Shown here piece after piece: positions 49,754 through 62,853 of a stretch of DNA of 64,000 nucleotides (within the stretch, counting starts at the first letter, position 1; every line of letters starts with the position of its first letter). Source of the DNA: Narcine bancroftii (lineage: Eukaryota). The stretch is from positions 96,224,001-96,288,000 of the forward strand of contig NC_091480.1 of assembly GCF_036971445.1 (NCBI RefSeq), given 5' to 3'. The translations under genes were made by a program, and so were the position numbers. Under the pieces are notes generated by a model. That model was not told the origin of the DNA, searched no databases, and saw nothing but the letters and a program-made list of their open reading frames with translations.

Positions 49754-51349
49754 CCCACCACCCCCTCCCCTCCCCAATAAAGTTGAACCTCTTGTCCAAG
49801 TTGTACCGAGAACGTCAGGACTCCTCTCCTGATGCAGGGAGGGGGTCGGCACCCTCCTGCAGCTCAGACCCCCGCCTCCCACCTCTGGCCGGGCTCCAGT
49901 CGAATCGTTGCGGCGGGGGAAAGGCAGACGTGCCCAGCGAACCACGACCCAATCAAACGCTCTCAATGACTAAACCCTTCTTTTTAAAAGGACCAAGTCC
50001 AAAGGTTTCAGCTGATCGTCCAATTCGACCAAAGGACGAAGTCCTTATGGTTCCACCTGCCTGCTGTCGTCCCTCTAACAGCTGACACCAGCAAAGGGGC
50101 TGGAACTCTGTCCCACTGTTCCTCCCCCCCCCCCCCCCCAAAATAACAGGCGAGTATTAAAGAAACTCAGATCTCCGGAACCATGCCAAATTACCCAATG
50201 GTAGACAATCGTTTTTATTCCCATCGTTATCTAGAACTTTCCACCGGTTTCAAAGCCATTTAGACCACCTACAATTGTTGGGAGTACCAACAATTTGCTA
50301 GTCTTAGACCACGAGCCACTGCAGAGGGTGGTGAATGTGGCTCAATGCATCCACTCCATCTATAACATCGATTGTCTTGGATAAGCTGCCCACAGATTAA
50401 AAGACTTGCATCTGCCACAGTCTCTTCACTCCCCCAATGCATCAGGAAGAAAATGGGCAAGTATGGATCGCCAGGGTTCAAGGAGTGTTTCTTTCCTGCT
50501 CTCAGACTCCTAAATGAACCTCAAAATAGCAAACTATGTTCCCTCTACTCTCTACCAACGGATCTCTCTCCTTTTATCTTTGGTATTTTTGTACTGTCTT
50601 ATTTTTTGCACCATAGATCAGATGGTCTGCCTGCAAATCCACATCGATCACTTCATTTTGAGACATCTGACAAGAAACGTGAACCCGAACTGCAATATGC
50701 TTCTTCCCCTCCCCAAAATGTAAACTATAGCTATGAAAGCTATGTGGACCCAAACACTTCGCGGATGAGTTCCCTTCTAGCTCTTGAATCTAATGTGGAG
50801 TTGTGGCACACATCATTCTTGCATTGAATTTAAGTTAAGCGCCATTAAAACACTGGAATAATCTTGTTCAAGGAGCTTTAACCCATTCCTGCTCTCCCGC
50901 AGGCTGACCATTCTGAATAGTGTCAATCAAACTTGTAACCTAATTGCAACATTGGTACCATGCTCTTCGATTTCAAGAGAATGTCCTAAATTTCCATGTT
51001 CAGCTTAGTTCCCTCTCTCCAAGCCAATTGACTGTCCTCAAGTCAGCTTAGCACAATCAAGAAATCTCATAAGGTGGGTGCCATTAATAAATAAAATAAG
51101 AAATCCTTCCAAGGCACAAAGATACATTTAATATCTCAAGATGAAGGGACACAGCAGCTCTGGACAGCACTGAATAGCAATGTAAACTTGGATCGCATGC
51201 CTAAATGTTTTGCTGATATTTAGGCCAAAGGCGATCAGTGTGCTCTAAACTTCTTGCATAATCGCAAGGTGAAAAACATTTCTGGAGAAATCAGGGAGAA
51301 AGAGTGAAGGGGCTAAAATCAAGTTCAAATTTGTTTTAATTATGCATGT

Positions 51350-51907
51350 TCTTTCTTCTTTGGCTTGGCTTCGCAGACAAAGATTTATGGAGGGGGTAAA
51401 AGTCCACGTCAGCTGCAGGCTCGTTTGTGGCTGACAAGTCCGATGCGGGACAGGCAGACACGGTTGCAGGGGAAAATTGGTGGGTTGGGGTTGGGTGTTG
51501 GGTTTTTCCTCCTTTGCCTTTTGTCAGTGAGGTGGGCTCTGCGGTCTTCTTCAAAGGAGGTTGCTGCCCGCCAAACTGTGAGGCGCCAAGATGCACGGTT
51601 TGAGGCGAGATCAGCCCACTGGCAGTGGTCAATGTGGCAGGCACATTGGGTTCTTTGGTGCACCTCTGTCACGGTGGCCAGTGGAGAGCTCGCCATATAA
51701 CACGATCTTGGGAAGGCGATGGTCCTCCATTCTGGAGACGTGACCCATCCAGCGCAGCTGGATCTTCAGCAGCGTGGACTCGATGCTGTCGACCTCTGCC
51801 ATCTCGAGTACTTCGACGTTAGGGATGAGAGCGCTCCAATGGATGTTGAGGATGGAGCGGAGTCAACGCTGGTGGAAGCATTCTAGGAGCCGTAGGTGAT
51901 GCCGGTA
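51350..51907 (-). mobile_element. RTE/BovB-type LINE 3' fragment (same family as 22399-23514)
   Basis: High similarity to the reverse complement of 22925-23514, with internal deletions. Confidence 0.92.
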
Positions 51908-53189
51908 TTAACATTACAAATAGGTATAGCACCAGACTTAATAGCATTTCTCCAGGCCAAGGTGCATACATACTCACATAATAAGTAGCGCATAGAATTC
52001 ACATAGATACATAAAGATAAATTTTAAAAGTCATAAATATTTTGGAATATGCTACTTGTTTTCTTTGAAAGAAATTCAAGGTTACTGGATACCATTCATT
52101 AATCTCACAGCCAATGGAAAGAAGCTATTTCCCAGCCTGGCAGTCCTGATTTTGATTCTCCTGAACACCCATCCAAATGGTAGTAAATCAAAGATACTAT
52201 GTGGTGAATGGTAGGAGTCCTCCGTGATTCTTTGAGCTCGAGTTAAGCCATGGTGAATGTTTTCAAATGAAGAAAGCAAGATCCCAGTGATCTTCAATGA
52301 TCTGGTCTGATGCTTTGCAGCTAGACATGACATCCTCAATGTGATCCTTAAAATCTTGTCAAGTTCGAGGTCAGTAGCCTTGCCTTCTCCCTGCCTTGAT
52401 AGAGAGTGTAGGCGCTGCTGTACCTTCCTGACTAATGGGGAGGGATTGAATAATCTTTGTGGTGCATTGGTAGGGGAAATCAATTTCTGGTTCATATATT
52501 TCCTCCACTTAGTTTGAAAAGAGACATGATTATAGGCATTCACCAATAATCAGTAAAGTTTGTAGATTTTTCAAATTCTGCTAGGTCAATAATTTAATGT
52601 TTCCTTCCTCTGCAGTTCACTAAATGGGAACGGAATGTATTTCAGCTTCCAAAAAATTACAACATTCACAATAGTGTTCACACATTGTTGGTCATAGAAC
52701 ATGCAGTGCTACCGGAGGCACTAAACAAATTCTTCATTGCTTCCTGCTAAGCCAACTCATTTTAAAAACAAGAAAAAGTTGTAACAATCCCAAATGTTGG
52801 ACCATTCACAAAAAAATGGAGCCACTCCAGGCAATGTCTCCTCGCATTGCTGTGAGCTCTTGAGATGGTCATTGGGTTCTAAAGAAGCTTGACCGTATAA
52901 TGCAAACAATAAAGAAAGTTTCACCTCACCCCACCCCCAACCCCCCCCTCCCCACATATCACAAGTTATTTACAGATTGTCAGGTCAGTTTCGGGGAATT
53001 CACTGTTTTGGACTTTCGATCTCCATCTGTACTTTCTGCCAGTCACTGTGGACAGATAGAGGTTAGTAACATCAGTACACAAAGCATGAATATCTCAAAG
53101 TGACCTTTGTTTCAAAAGTAGTGGGAGGTTAGGACAACATTTTTTTTAGTCCTTGGCTTCTTGTGTTGAAAGTTGAACTTTAATCATTA

Positions 53190-53570
53190 CCTAAGGCTTT
53201 TGGTCTGCTGGCCTTTATAAATCATAGCATAGAAGAGAGGAGCTGGGAGGTGATGTTGAGACTGTTTAAGGCTTTGGTGAGGCCAAGTTTGGAGTATTGT
53301 GTGCAGTTCTGGTCTCCAAATTATAGGAAGGATATAAATAAAGTTGAGAGGGTGTAGAGAAGGTTTACAAAAATGTTGCCTGGAATGCAGCATCTTGAAT
53401 ACGAGAAAGATCGAGGAGAGTGGGACTTTTTTCATTGGAGCATAGAAGGTTGAGAGGGGATTTGATAGAGGTTGTAAAATTATGAAGGGAATAGATAGAG
53501 TAGATGTGAATAGGCTCTTCCCTCTGAGGGTAGGGGAGATTGGAAGGGGTCATGTTAAGGGTTAGAGGTT
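53190..53570 (+). mobile_element. CR1 LINE fragment
   Basis: MLRLFKALVRPSLEYCVQFWSPNYRKDINK and FSLEHRRLRGDLIEV remnants. Confidence 0.85.
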
Positions 53571-54738
53571 AAACCCCTCCCAGCACACTCGCCTCCTTTA
53601 CTCATACCTTGACACTCTTCATTTCTCTACTGATCTTGGCCTTTTCCTACTCTCCTGGACTCCATGAATGAAGCTGCTGCTATTTGCTCTCTCTCTGTCA
53701 CTCTTCTCCACACCTGATCCAGAAATTCCAGATGCCCCAGCCTCAACCACCTCGTATAGGTAAAGGCCTGTCTTACCTATATTGTATTCCAATGCTTGAT
53801 TGTTAAGGTGTGAAATAAAATGTGGACGTGGGAATTTCCGTGAAAAAGCTCGCCTAGTGACCTCTTAACATTGCTCCAAAGAAGTCAGAGCAGCAGAAGT
53901 TTGTGCAGAATCTGTAAGAAATACAGATCAATTGGATTATGAATGAGAGATCGACTCTGTCGTGTCAAGTGGGTTCCAGGCCATATAACGAGATTGAATT
54001 GTCTCCTGTCAGCCAGTAGGCACAGACAGGTTCAAGGGATGGCGACCAGGGTTGAGGAGATTCAGTGGAGAGCAGGCAGCTGGAGACAGGACGATTCCCA
54101 ACCATTTTCCTTTTCTTCTTTTGGAAGATAGTTCTGGCGCGAGGCCACTCTTTGCCAGCCTTTCAATAGCACGCAAGGAAAAGCTTTGTGCCAGATCTTG
54201 AATCACGTGACAGTAACAAATAAATCTAAATATTTATTTGCTGCATTCAAAACTCTAAATGATAATGACAGAAAAAAACCTCATTGACCCTAAACAGGAA
54301 CCAAGCCAATGCCCCAATAAACAGCAGTAAAAATAAGATGCTTATTATATTTTTTCTTTGTTTCTAAGTGGATCACATATCCCTCACCCATCCTTTGAAA
54401 CAAATTCAACAAAAAAAGTCCAGACTGTAACATTTATTTTTTTTGTTTCGACGTACAGCACTGTAACAGGCCCTTCTGGGCCATGAGCCCGGGCCACCCC
54501 CACACACCCAATTAACCTACAACCTTCCCGTATGTTTTTGAAGGGTGGGAGAAACTGGACGACTGGAGGAGACCCACGCAGACATGGGGAGAATATGCGA
54601 ACCCGGTTCGATGGCGCTGTAATAGTGTTGCGCTAACCTCTGCATTAACTGTGCTGCCCGTTTACGTCACCAGTAATGGAAGCAAGGGGTACTGTGTGGG
54701 TGCAGGAGAATAGCTCTGCGATGACAGAACAACCATGA

Positions 54739-55209
54739 CACTGGACAATGAAGATTTTTCTTCCTGAATGTTTTTGGGTGTATTTTATGGATTTTGGGCT
54801 GTTGATCATGAAAATTACCTTAAAATTTTCATATTATATACGGTATAAAATCACAAAGTGCCACATGTCATTGAAAATACATTTTCTGAATTTGTACTTG
54901 GACTTCTTCCCTGCTGATCTTGGTGCCATCAGTGATGAACATGGTGAAAGGTTTCACCAAGACACTGCAACCATGGAAAAGCACAGGGTAACTGGAACCC
55001 ATCAATGCTAGTTGACTATTGCTGGACGCTGACACAAGAGGCATCAGATGCTGAGTACAAATGAAAATTAGCTGCAAAACATTTTTAGTTCGGATGAACT
55101 AATGCATTATGTCAGCATTATTACTCGATTAAACATCCTAAATTCAATAAAAGTTGATTTAACGTTTCTTCAACATTGCACAGGAAACCCCAATCTCTCT
55201 GTTTCAGTG
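54739..55209 (+). mobile_element. Internally deleted DNA transposon, Chapaev3 (CMC)-like
   Basis: CACTG...CAGTG termini; transposase C-terminal remnant MSLKIHFLNLYLDFFPADLGAISDEHGERFHQD..MLVDYCWTL. Superfamily label is from recall. Confidence 0.65.
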
Positions 55210-56716
55210 AAACTTGCAATTAAAGTGCTCACTCTTTACGTTACTTCCACAAACACTGCTGTCACAATGTCAAAAAAAGACAAGTGGAGTAATTTTTAGA
55301 CCAAGTTATTGGAACAGCTTTTCTAAGTCAGTAATGTTAAAAGCAACATCCCACAGAAGCTCTGATCACGTGCCTGGCCCAAAATGCAGCAATGAATAAA
55401 CCAAGCCGATCAGTCACAGATCTCAACTGAAGATTTACCAAGTGAGGCTGCAGTGGGGGAGTGTAGAGTGGTAGAACCAGCAATGCAGGGGGTCTCAGTG
55501 ATGGCAAGAGATCCATAGGGGCATCTTGTAACTCAAACAGGGCACCAGCATTTTTAAATTAGATATATACCACAATAACAGGCCAATTCGGCCCTATGAA
55601 TCCGTGTTGCGCAAGTAACAACCCATTAACCTACACCCCGGTACATTTTGAAAGATGGGGAGACAACTGAAAAAAAGCAGAAAAAACCCACGCAGACACG
55701 GGAAGAGCGTACAAACTCCTTCCAATCAGGAGATATATCTGACCTGACCTGACTTAAGCAATGATCTTGGCTCTGAGTGACTTCTAAAGTCAGAGTTATT
55801 GGGTTAGAGAGAGATACTCAAAGAAATTGGCCCGACAGCCCATAGGGCCCATCGGGTCTGCTCCAACCATCAACCACCTATTTTTACACCAATCCTAACC
55901 TAACCTATTTCATTCATCCCACATTCCAACCAACTAGATTCTATCTCTCACTGAACCGCCAGGGGAAATTTGGAGAGGCCATTTAACCCATCTGCCCACA
56001 CCTGGGCGAAACATGCAAACTCCACTGAGATAGACCTGGGGTCAGGCAACGTTAGTCACTAGTTCTACCAATGGCATCATTATTGTCAGAATATGATTGT
56101 GACTGTTACAATCCACTTCACGGAGAGCTTGTAAATTATTCTTGTGAATCCCTGACGGAAAGGTTGACTTTATTCTAGGATTCCAAGTTACCTTCAAAGG
56201 ATCCATTTTCTTAAAAACTGAACCATACCACGATAAATGGGTAATTGTCTAACTTAGCCCTTGTAATGTTTCCCTCAGAAGATCTGACTGCACTATTGAG
56301 GAAGGTACGAATGGAAAGAAAAAGTTTGAAAACCACTGTTTTAATTGTACTTAATTTACTCTTTAATGTGCATGCTTTCATAACCCCAAAGGAAATGGGC
56401 CAATTACAATTTTTCTCCAGCAAAATATATCAGTAACAATTGGGTCCCTTCTCCACTAGACAGAAGCCAGACTGCAACACCTTATGTCTCTGGTTCCCAC
56501 TCTCAGAATTGACTCATTTCCATTTCCTTTGGCTTTTACAGGCTTTCTCACTTGTAAAGCTCATTTATCTTATTGCTGTTTAGCTTATTATCATTTTTTA
56601 TGGTTAGGCTTTATGCTACAAGTGTAAACCTGACATCGCCTTTCCGGTGACACGAGTATTTTGGAGCATCAGTCTTAACTGTGAACTTGTCTAATAGACA
56701 TTTTCCAAATTAAATA

Positions 56717-57045
56717 CAGGCAGTCCCCGGGTTACGAATGAGATACATTCCTTAGTCTGTCCTTAACTCGAATTTGTATGTAAGTTGGAACAGGTACAAG
56801 GTGTACATATGGTTCTTATTTAGTCAGATTTCTTGAAGTAATCAAGTGGGTTTGTACAGAACTTTTCTTGCATCGGATTTATGCTTTGGAGACATGATTA
56901 CAAGGGTAAATAACTATGATCCAATTAAAAAAATGGCAGACTGCATTTTCCTTCTTTTAGCCGACGAACCACTGAAGCTGCGCGTAGTCTGTTCGTAAGT
57001 ACGAGTTGTCTGTAAGTTGGACATTTGTTACCCCGGGACTGCCTG
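56717..57045. mobile_element. Tigger-like MITE with TA TSD
   Basis: TA|CAGGCAGTCCCCGGGTTAC ... GTTACCCCGGGACTGCCTG|TA. Confidence 0.88.
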
Positions 57046-59199
57046 TATATTGAGCAGCTATTTGCTGAATTGATCATGAAGACTTTAATCAATCAGTTTG
57101 TTGATGTCTCTTTTATTTATTGAATTTACTGCTTGCATACAGGAAAGACTGAAGACTTTTGGGCTACGTTGCTTGCAAAGACTGCTTCCTGATCTTCTCA
57201 CCAGTGAAATGATGCTGCCTTTGCTCTGTACCAGGTGATCCCTCTCTGTAACTCTGCACTTCTGTATAATGTCTTACTTGCTGTACTATGTCAAGGATAT
57301 CCAGCTGGACTGCCCCAAAACAAAACTTCACACTGCATCTTGGTACACATGACACTAAACTTGAACTTGAAGTGGAGCGATGCGGTGACAACCTTGTAGA
57401 GAAGTTTTCAAAGGACCCAGAATTCTGTGTTAAGTGAGACACGATACTGGATTCTGACCAGTCCTTCTATTTTTTGTGAACTGCACATTATACTGCAATA
57501 TGGTCAAACCATGACTCACCCATCAGTTTATCGCCTGAATATTTTGATCAGCTTGATGCATAATAGGCTCCAATAGCTTAGTCTGGTAAACCAGGGGTTG
57601 TTTCTTGTTGGGGCCTCATTTGAGGGGCATTGGTCAAAGTGGTGACTCTCTGTCTTCCTTAGAGCAGGCAAAGAATTTCATGTATGTTGCATTTTAAATG
57701 TAGTATTGCATGACCTTTATACTTTCCTTTGCATTTGAACTACGCAGCGGCACTGATGAAATCTACATTTCTCACTGTGTTGACTGTGTCCCCATGTGTT
57801 GATCATCTGGTATAAATGCTCATAGCAACTGTTGTCAAGCCTCCTGCACAGATCCTTCAGTATGATGGGCGGTGGCGCATTTCCTTTCCCCATTTATCCC
57901 ATCTTTGATCTCAATGGCTTTGCCATTTTTTTTTAGTTTAGACATACAGCACAGTAGCAGGCCCACTGGCCTACAAGCCCATGTCACCTAATTACACCCA
58001 ATTAACCTACAACCCCCATACATTTTTGAAGGGTGGGAGGAAACTGGAGTATCCAGAGGAAACCCACGCAGACATGGGGATAGTGTATAAACTCCACTGG
58101 TGATGTAACAGTGTTGTGCTAGCCGCTACGCTATCTGATCCGCCAAGAGAGATACTTGTAACTCCATCTTGCATTCTGAATGACAAGACCACAGCAACAG
58201 AGCCATGAGTCAAATACAGGAGATGCATGGGAGAAAATGGAAGAGGAAAACATTATATATTTGGTGTTTTTTGGACAGATTGGAACTTGACTGCAGGAGA
58301 TCAATGAGTCCAACCCTCAGCCTCTTTTTACTTCAACCAATATATAATCAGGTTGAGCAGTCAAGCTCCTAACGGTGATCAATTGAGCTTATTTGCCAGT
58401 TGTCATGGGCCACTCAGCACAGAAGATATCTTGCAATTATCAGAGTTGAAGTGCTACTTCTCAAAAGTGGATATAATGCAAAATGAACTGGATCCTTTCG
58501 CTTAAGATTTATCGGCTAATGATACTTCACCAAATCCAATCTGGTATGATTAACTTTACTTTCTCAACCCTCATTTTATCTATTTTCTTGAAGATTTTGA
58601 CTTTTTTAAACTTTAGGGTTTCACCAAGGTGAACAATCTTCAAGTTTAAGTCGAGGAAGCGAGTACCCCTCACCCTAGTGTGCTTTTGGATAAGGGAGAA
58701 ATAATCATCACAGCTCCTGAAGAAGGTGCTGCTCTTATTCAAAACACTCCTAAGGATTTGTGAAGCCTTTGTGAAGCCATCCAATTGGAAAACAACAATA
58801 ACAAGAATAATGCAGAAATGTCTCCGTGCTAAAATCATTCAGGAGATTGCATGGATTAAAAATCTTGAGTCTGATGGGCAGCTGTTTTAGAGAATTGGTT
58901 GATCTGGATTCCAATATGGTTGTAACCGAGTCATCCATTATGTCAAAAGTTACATACATCACACTGGAATTCATTCAAGTGGGGAATTACTGTCATCAGT
59001 AAGATTGGATTGGATCCATAATTATCTGACTGTGTAAACATTTGTGAGAGTTTGATCTTGTAGACTTGATGTCTACAGACAACATGAGAAATTTATTTCT
59101 TTTGTTCATTTCTTCCTGTGAACTCTTTGTTCATAAATTAAGCAAGTCTTTGGTAGATTATGTAAAATCTGGAAATCAACTTAAAATCGAATTAAAATT

Positions 59200-59625
59200 G
59201 GTCAAGCAGTGTCCTTTATATAGGTAAGGTAAAAATATATAACTGACATTTCGGGTTTGAGCCCTTCATCAAGGTATGGAAAAATGTCGGCAGGCCTCCA
59301 AACAAAAGAGTGTGGGGGGGTGGAGGTGTGATCCAATTCCCCTCCCTCCCTTCCTCCTCTATTCACCCAGCCATCTCTCCTCCCCTTAATTGTTGATGTC
59401 CCCTCCCTCCCTTCCCCACCTGTAACCTCCAATCTTTGAGACCACACCTCCCACCCCTTCTCTTTTGTTTGGACGCCTGTCAACATTTTTCCTTACCTTG
59501 ATGAAGGGCTCTTGCCCGAAACGTCGGTTATGTATTTTTACCTTGTCTACATAAAGGACAGTTTGACCTGCTAAGTTTCTCCAACCCCGTATGCTTTGAC
59601 TTCAACCACGGTGTCTGCAGATTTT
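59200..59625. mobile_element. Penelope-like tail in inverted-repeat arrangement
   Basis: 59200-59330 is the diverged reverse complement of 59443-59568; both arms carry the ttgatgaagggc..cccgaaa motif. Confidence 0.8.
59495..59528 (+). ncRNA. Minimal hammerhead-ribozyme-like motif (Penelope type, C3U variant)
   Basis: ACC-TTGATGA-A-GGGC-TCTT-GCCC-GAAA-CG-TC-GGT: stem I ACC/GGT, stem II GGGC/GCCC, palindromic ACGT stem III. Activity not shown. Confidence 0.55.
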
Positions 59626-61312
59626 CTAATCTAATGTTTTGCAAGCTACAAAGTCATGAATTTTAATAGACTTAATTGATCCATATTATTTTATAGTCCT
59701 ACAAAACTGAGTAGTGTAACGGTGAATACTATATTCATCATGTTATTTCTCCAAAGCAATGTTTGATAATACGAATCACTAAATGCAGGAACAGATCCAT
59801 CTTATTTCTGCTGCCAATTCCCAAAGATCCCCTCCTGACCGAGCACCAGTTAGAAATTATTTAATAAAAAAGTAGAATGGAATTTAGTAATTCATGGTCT
59901 TTACAGTAAGAGTAAGTCGATCAAAAGTACACTACCATTTTATGAAAATTCAAGAAAAAATTCTGTACAAAGGTCAAATAAGTAGTTCTTCACTGTTAAC
60001 TCTCCGTTTGTATATTGTGCATGTGTAATGGCTTAAAATTAACATGGAATTTCCATTTTGCTTTACTTCCTGTTTGTGATGTACATTACAGAAGAGATAT
60101 TCTAATAAGCAGCTCTGGTAATAATCAGGACACTCGCTTGTCCAACAAACATAGAGAAACCTCCTCAGATTATCAGTAATGTTCAAACCAATGCCAGATT
60201 CCTGTCATTACAAACTACAGCGTTAAAAACATTAAAGCGTTAACAAAAAAAAAACAATTTGGCCAATGTACAACAGTGAAGACTAGTTTGATTAACCAAA
60301 GCGAGTGCCCTTAATAATGTGTAAAGTTCTCAACCTCATCCATACAAAGTTTCAACTCTCTGATCAGCAGTGCACAGTCCTACTCTGGTACTACCCAAAG
60401 ATTGCACAGAACCAACTTTAAAGTTTAAATGTTTCTCTTGGGAACAAAATTTGGAGAAGATATGAGATATTGTTTGAACAAACCTGATATTGTTTGAGCA
60501 AGGGCACTCTGAAGACATTGACCATTACACTTCATTCCATTTGCTTTGTGGATCACAGCATCATGGTATTTATACCCTTCGCCCTTCAAAATATCCAGAT
60601 CATTGCTATTCTATTTAACCACTTGAGCAATGTTCATGGACTCCTTTTCTCAATGAGCACCCACATCCCCCCCCCCCACCCCCTCACCAGCTCAGTGAGA
60701 CAGAGTGCACCTAGTTTTATTCCTATCTATTGAATCTTAGCCAGAAAAAGACCTGAAAAACCTGTCTTCACCTTTACATGATCAACTCTTGTGGTCCATA
60801 AGTACGACACCTTCCCATTGAGGTTCTGCACACTTCCCATCAACATTCAAAAAAATGCAACACAATTCAACCCTGCCCCCATTGAATAACCCAAATGTCT
60901 GATGACAAAGCCACTTGTTGGAGGCTCCAATTTCTAAATAACCCTGAACCCCAACCCATTAAATTCCCCCTCCAATAAACCCAAGCCTCGATCTATGGCC
61001 ACACTCCCAAATGTACTTTGCACCATCCCACAACCTTCTCCTTTCTATTCAGCACTGATACTGTGTGCAGCCTGAATCCTGTTATAAAAATAATTTTGAA
61101 AGACCCCTTGGAAAATTTGCCTTGAAATAAGATTTTATTGGGACAGAAATCTCCTTGTGCATGAAAATCACAAATGCTGAAGCTTACACGCATTAAGCAG
61201 ATCACCGCGGAAAGACTTTGCCTTGGCTCTCTATACTCTCTCAAGGTCGAGATCGTTCAGAGATAACACAGCTTTGGAGCAGATTTCCCCTCGTGCAGCA
61301 GAGAGTGGTAGG

Positions 61313-61772
61313 ATCAGAATCAGAATTTATTGTCTTGAGCAAGTCACGAAATTCAATGTTTGGGGGAGCATCATTCATATAAACCAGTTTCACAACAATA
61401 ATTTTTTTATTAAATAATGCACGAAAAGTAAGGCAGTATCTTTGGTTCATTGATTATTCAGGAATCTGGTGGCAGTGGGAAAAAAGCTGCGACGTCACGG
61501 GCACCAGACTTCACTCCATCGAGGACATCTACATGAGACGGTGCCTTGAAAAAGCAGCGTCTGTCCTCAAGGACCCCCACCACCCAGGCCGTGTCCTCTT
61601 CACTCTGCTACGAAGGAACAGAAGCCTAGAGACAAGCACTCAACGGCATACCCCTCTGCCATCAGATTCCTGAATAATGTGAAATGGTAATAATATGAAT
61701 GTTTTCACTTTGACGCTGCAGCGAAACATCAAATTCTGTGACTTGTTCAGGACAATAAATTCTGATTCTGAT
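61313..61772. mobile_element. Two Rex1-type LINE 3' ends joined head-to-head
   Basis: Left end atcagaatcagaatttattgtc.. is the reverse complement of the right end ..gacaataaattctgattctgat. Confidence 0.75.
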
Positions 61773-62697
61773 AGTTCCCATGGACACCACATGTTCCCAT
61801 TCTATGGACATCTGGGCACGATTTTAGTCTTTGGTTGTAAAAAAAATTGGAAATCTTGACTGGGAATATAGAGGCCCAGAATGGCCCTGATCAGAATGAA
61901 CAATCCTAATTATATAATACAAAGAAGAGAAAAAAACTATTCTAGATGGAGTTATGGAATACTGAAACAGGCCCTCTGCCCATGGAGTTCCATCATATAT
62001 GAAGTACTAATTTATACTTTTCTATTTTATCAGGTATAATGATCAAACACTAGAGGATATGTATTTAAACCGAGGGTGTGGGGGAAGTTTAAAGGAGATG
62101 AGTAGGGCAATTTTTATTTGCACAGAGAGTGATGTGTCCGGAACAGCCTGCCAGGTGTAGTGGTAGATGTTGATAAATGGTGGTGTGTTGGAGGGTTCTA
62201 GATAGACAGGTGCAGAGAATGGAAGGGTGTTTATGACATGTAAGTGGCACGGTTTTAGTTTAATTTGGCACCATGTTCAGTGCAGACCTCATTGGGCAAA
62301 GGGCCTGTTCCGGTGCCATCCTGTTCTACGGTCTAACTCCTCACAGACACCAGCACAAGGCTGCCCACTAGGAGCGGTTTTCAGTGGTCAATTACCCTCC
62401 CAATCCCCATCTTGGGCTGTGGTAGGAAACCAGAACTCGTGGAGGAAACCCATACTGTCACAGGCAGAACATGCAAACTCCATACAGGCAGCAGTCAAAG
62501 GTCAGGATTGATCCTGTGCACCTGGAACTGGAATACAATGTCATTTAGAGGAAAGTTTTAATTAAGTGAATAGATAACAATCTGGAAAATCTGTTCTGTC
62601 GTCTGACTATTTTTCGGAGCATCTCTGTTCTAAACAGGAAACCACTTCAGATTAGATCATAATGATTTATTTTCTTGGAAGCTTCATTCAGAATTAA

Positions 62698-62853
62698 AGG
62701 GGTGGCCAACCTTTTAGTTTTAAATTTAGGCATTTTGGCCGACGAGTCCATGCCGCCCAATTAACCTATACCCCCGGTATGTACTCGTGGGCCGAAATGG
62801 CCCATTACTGTGCTATATGTCTAAATTAAAAATTAAAAGGTTGCCCACCCCTG
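62698..62853. mobile_element. hAT-like MITE ends enclosing inverted SINE tails
   Basis: AGGGGTGGCCAACCTTTT ... AAAAGGTTGCCCACCCCT inverted termini; interior is two opposed V-SINE 3' fragments. Confidence 0.65.

Noticed and set aside
50041-50050. CCTTATGG as a CArG box in the promoter
   Set aside because: Only four A/T bases between CC and GG; CArG needs six.
58590-58770. Plus-strand acceptor-like site (ttttttaaactttag) suggesting an exon
   Set aside because: All three frames stop within about 20 codons and no upstream partner exon was found.
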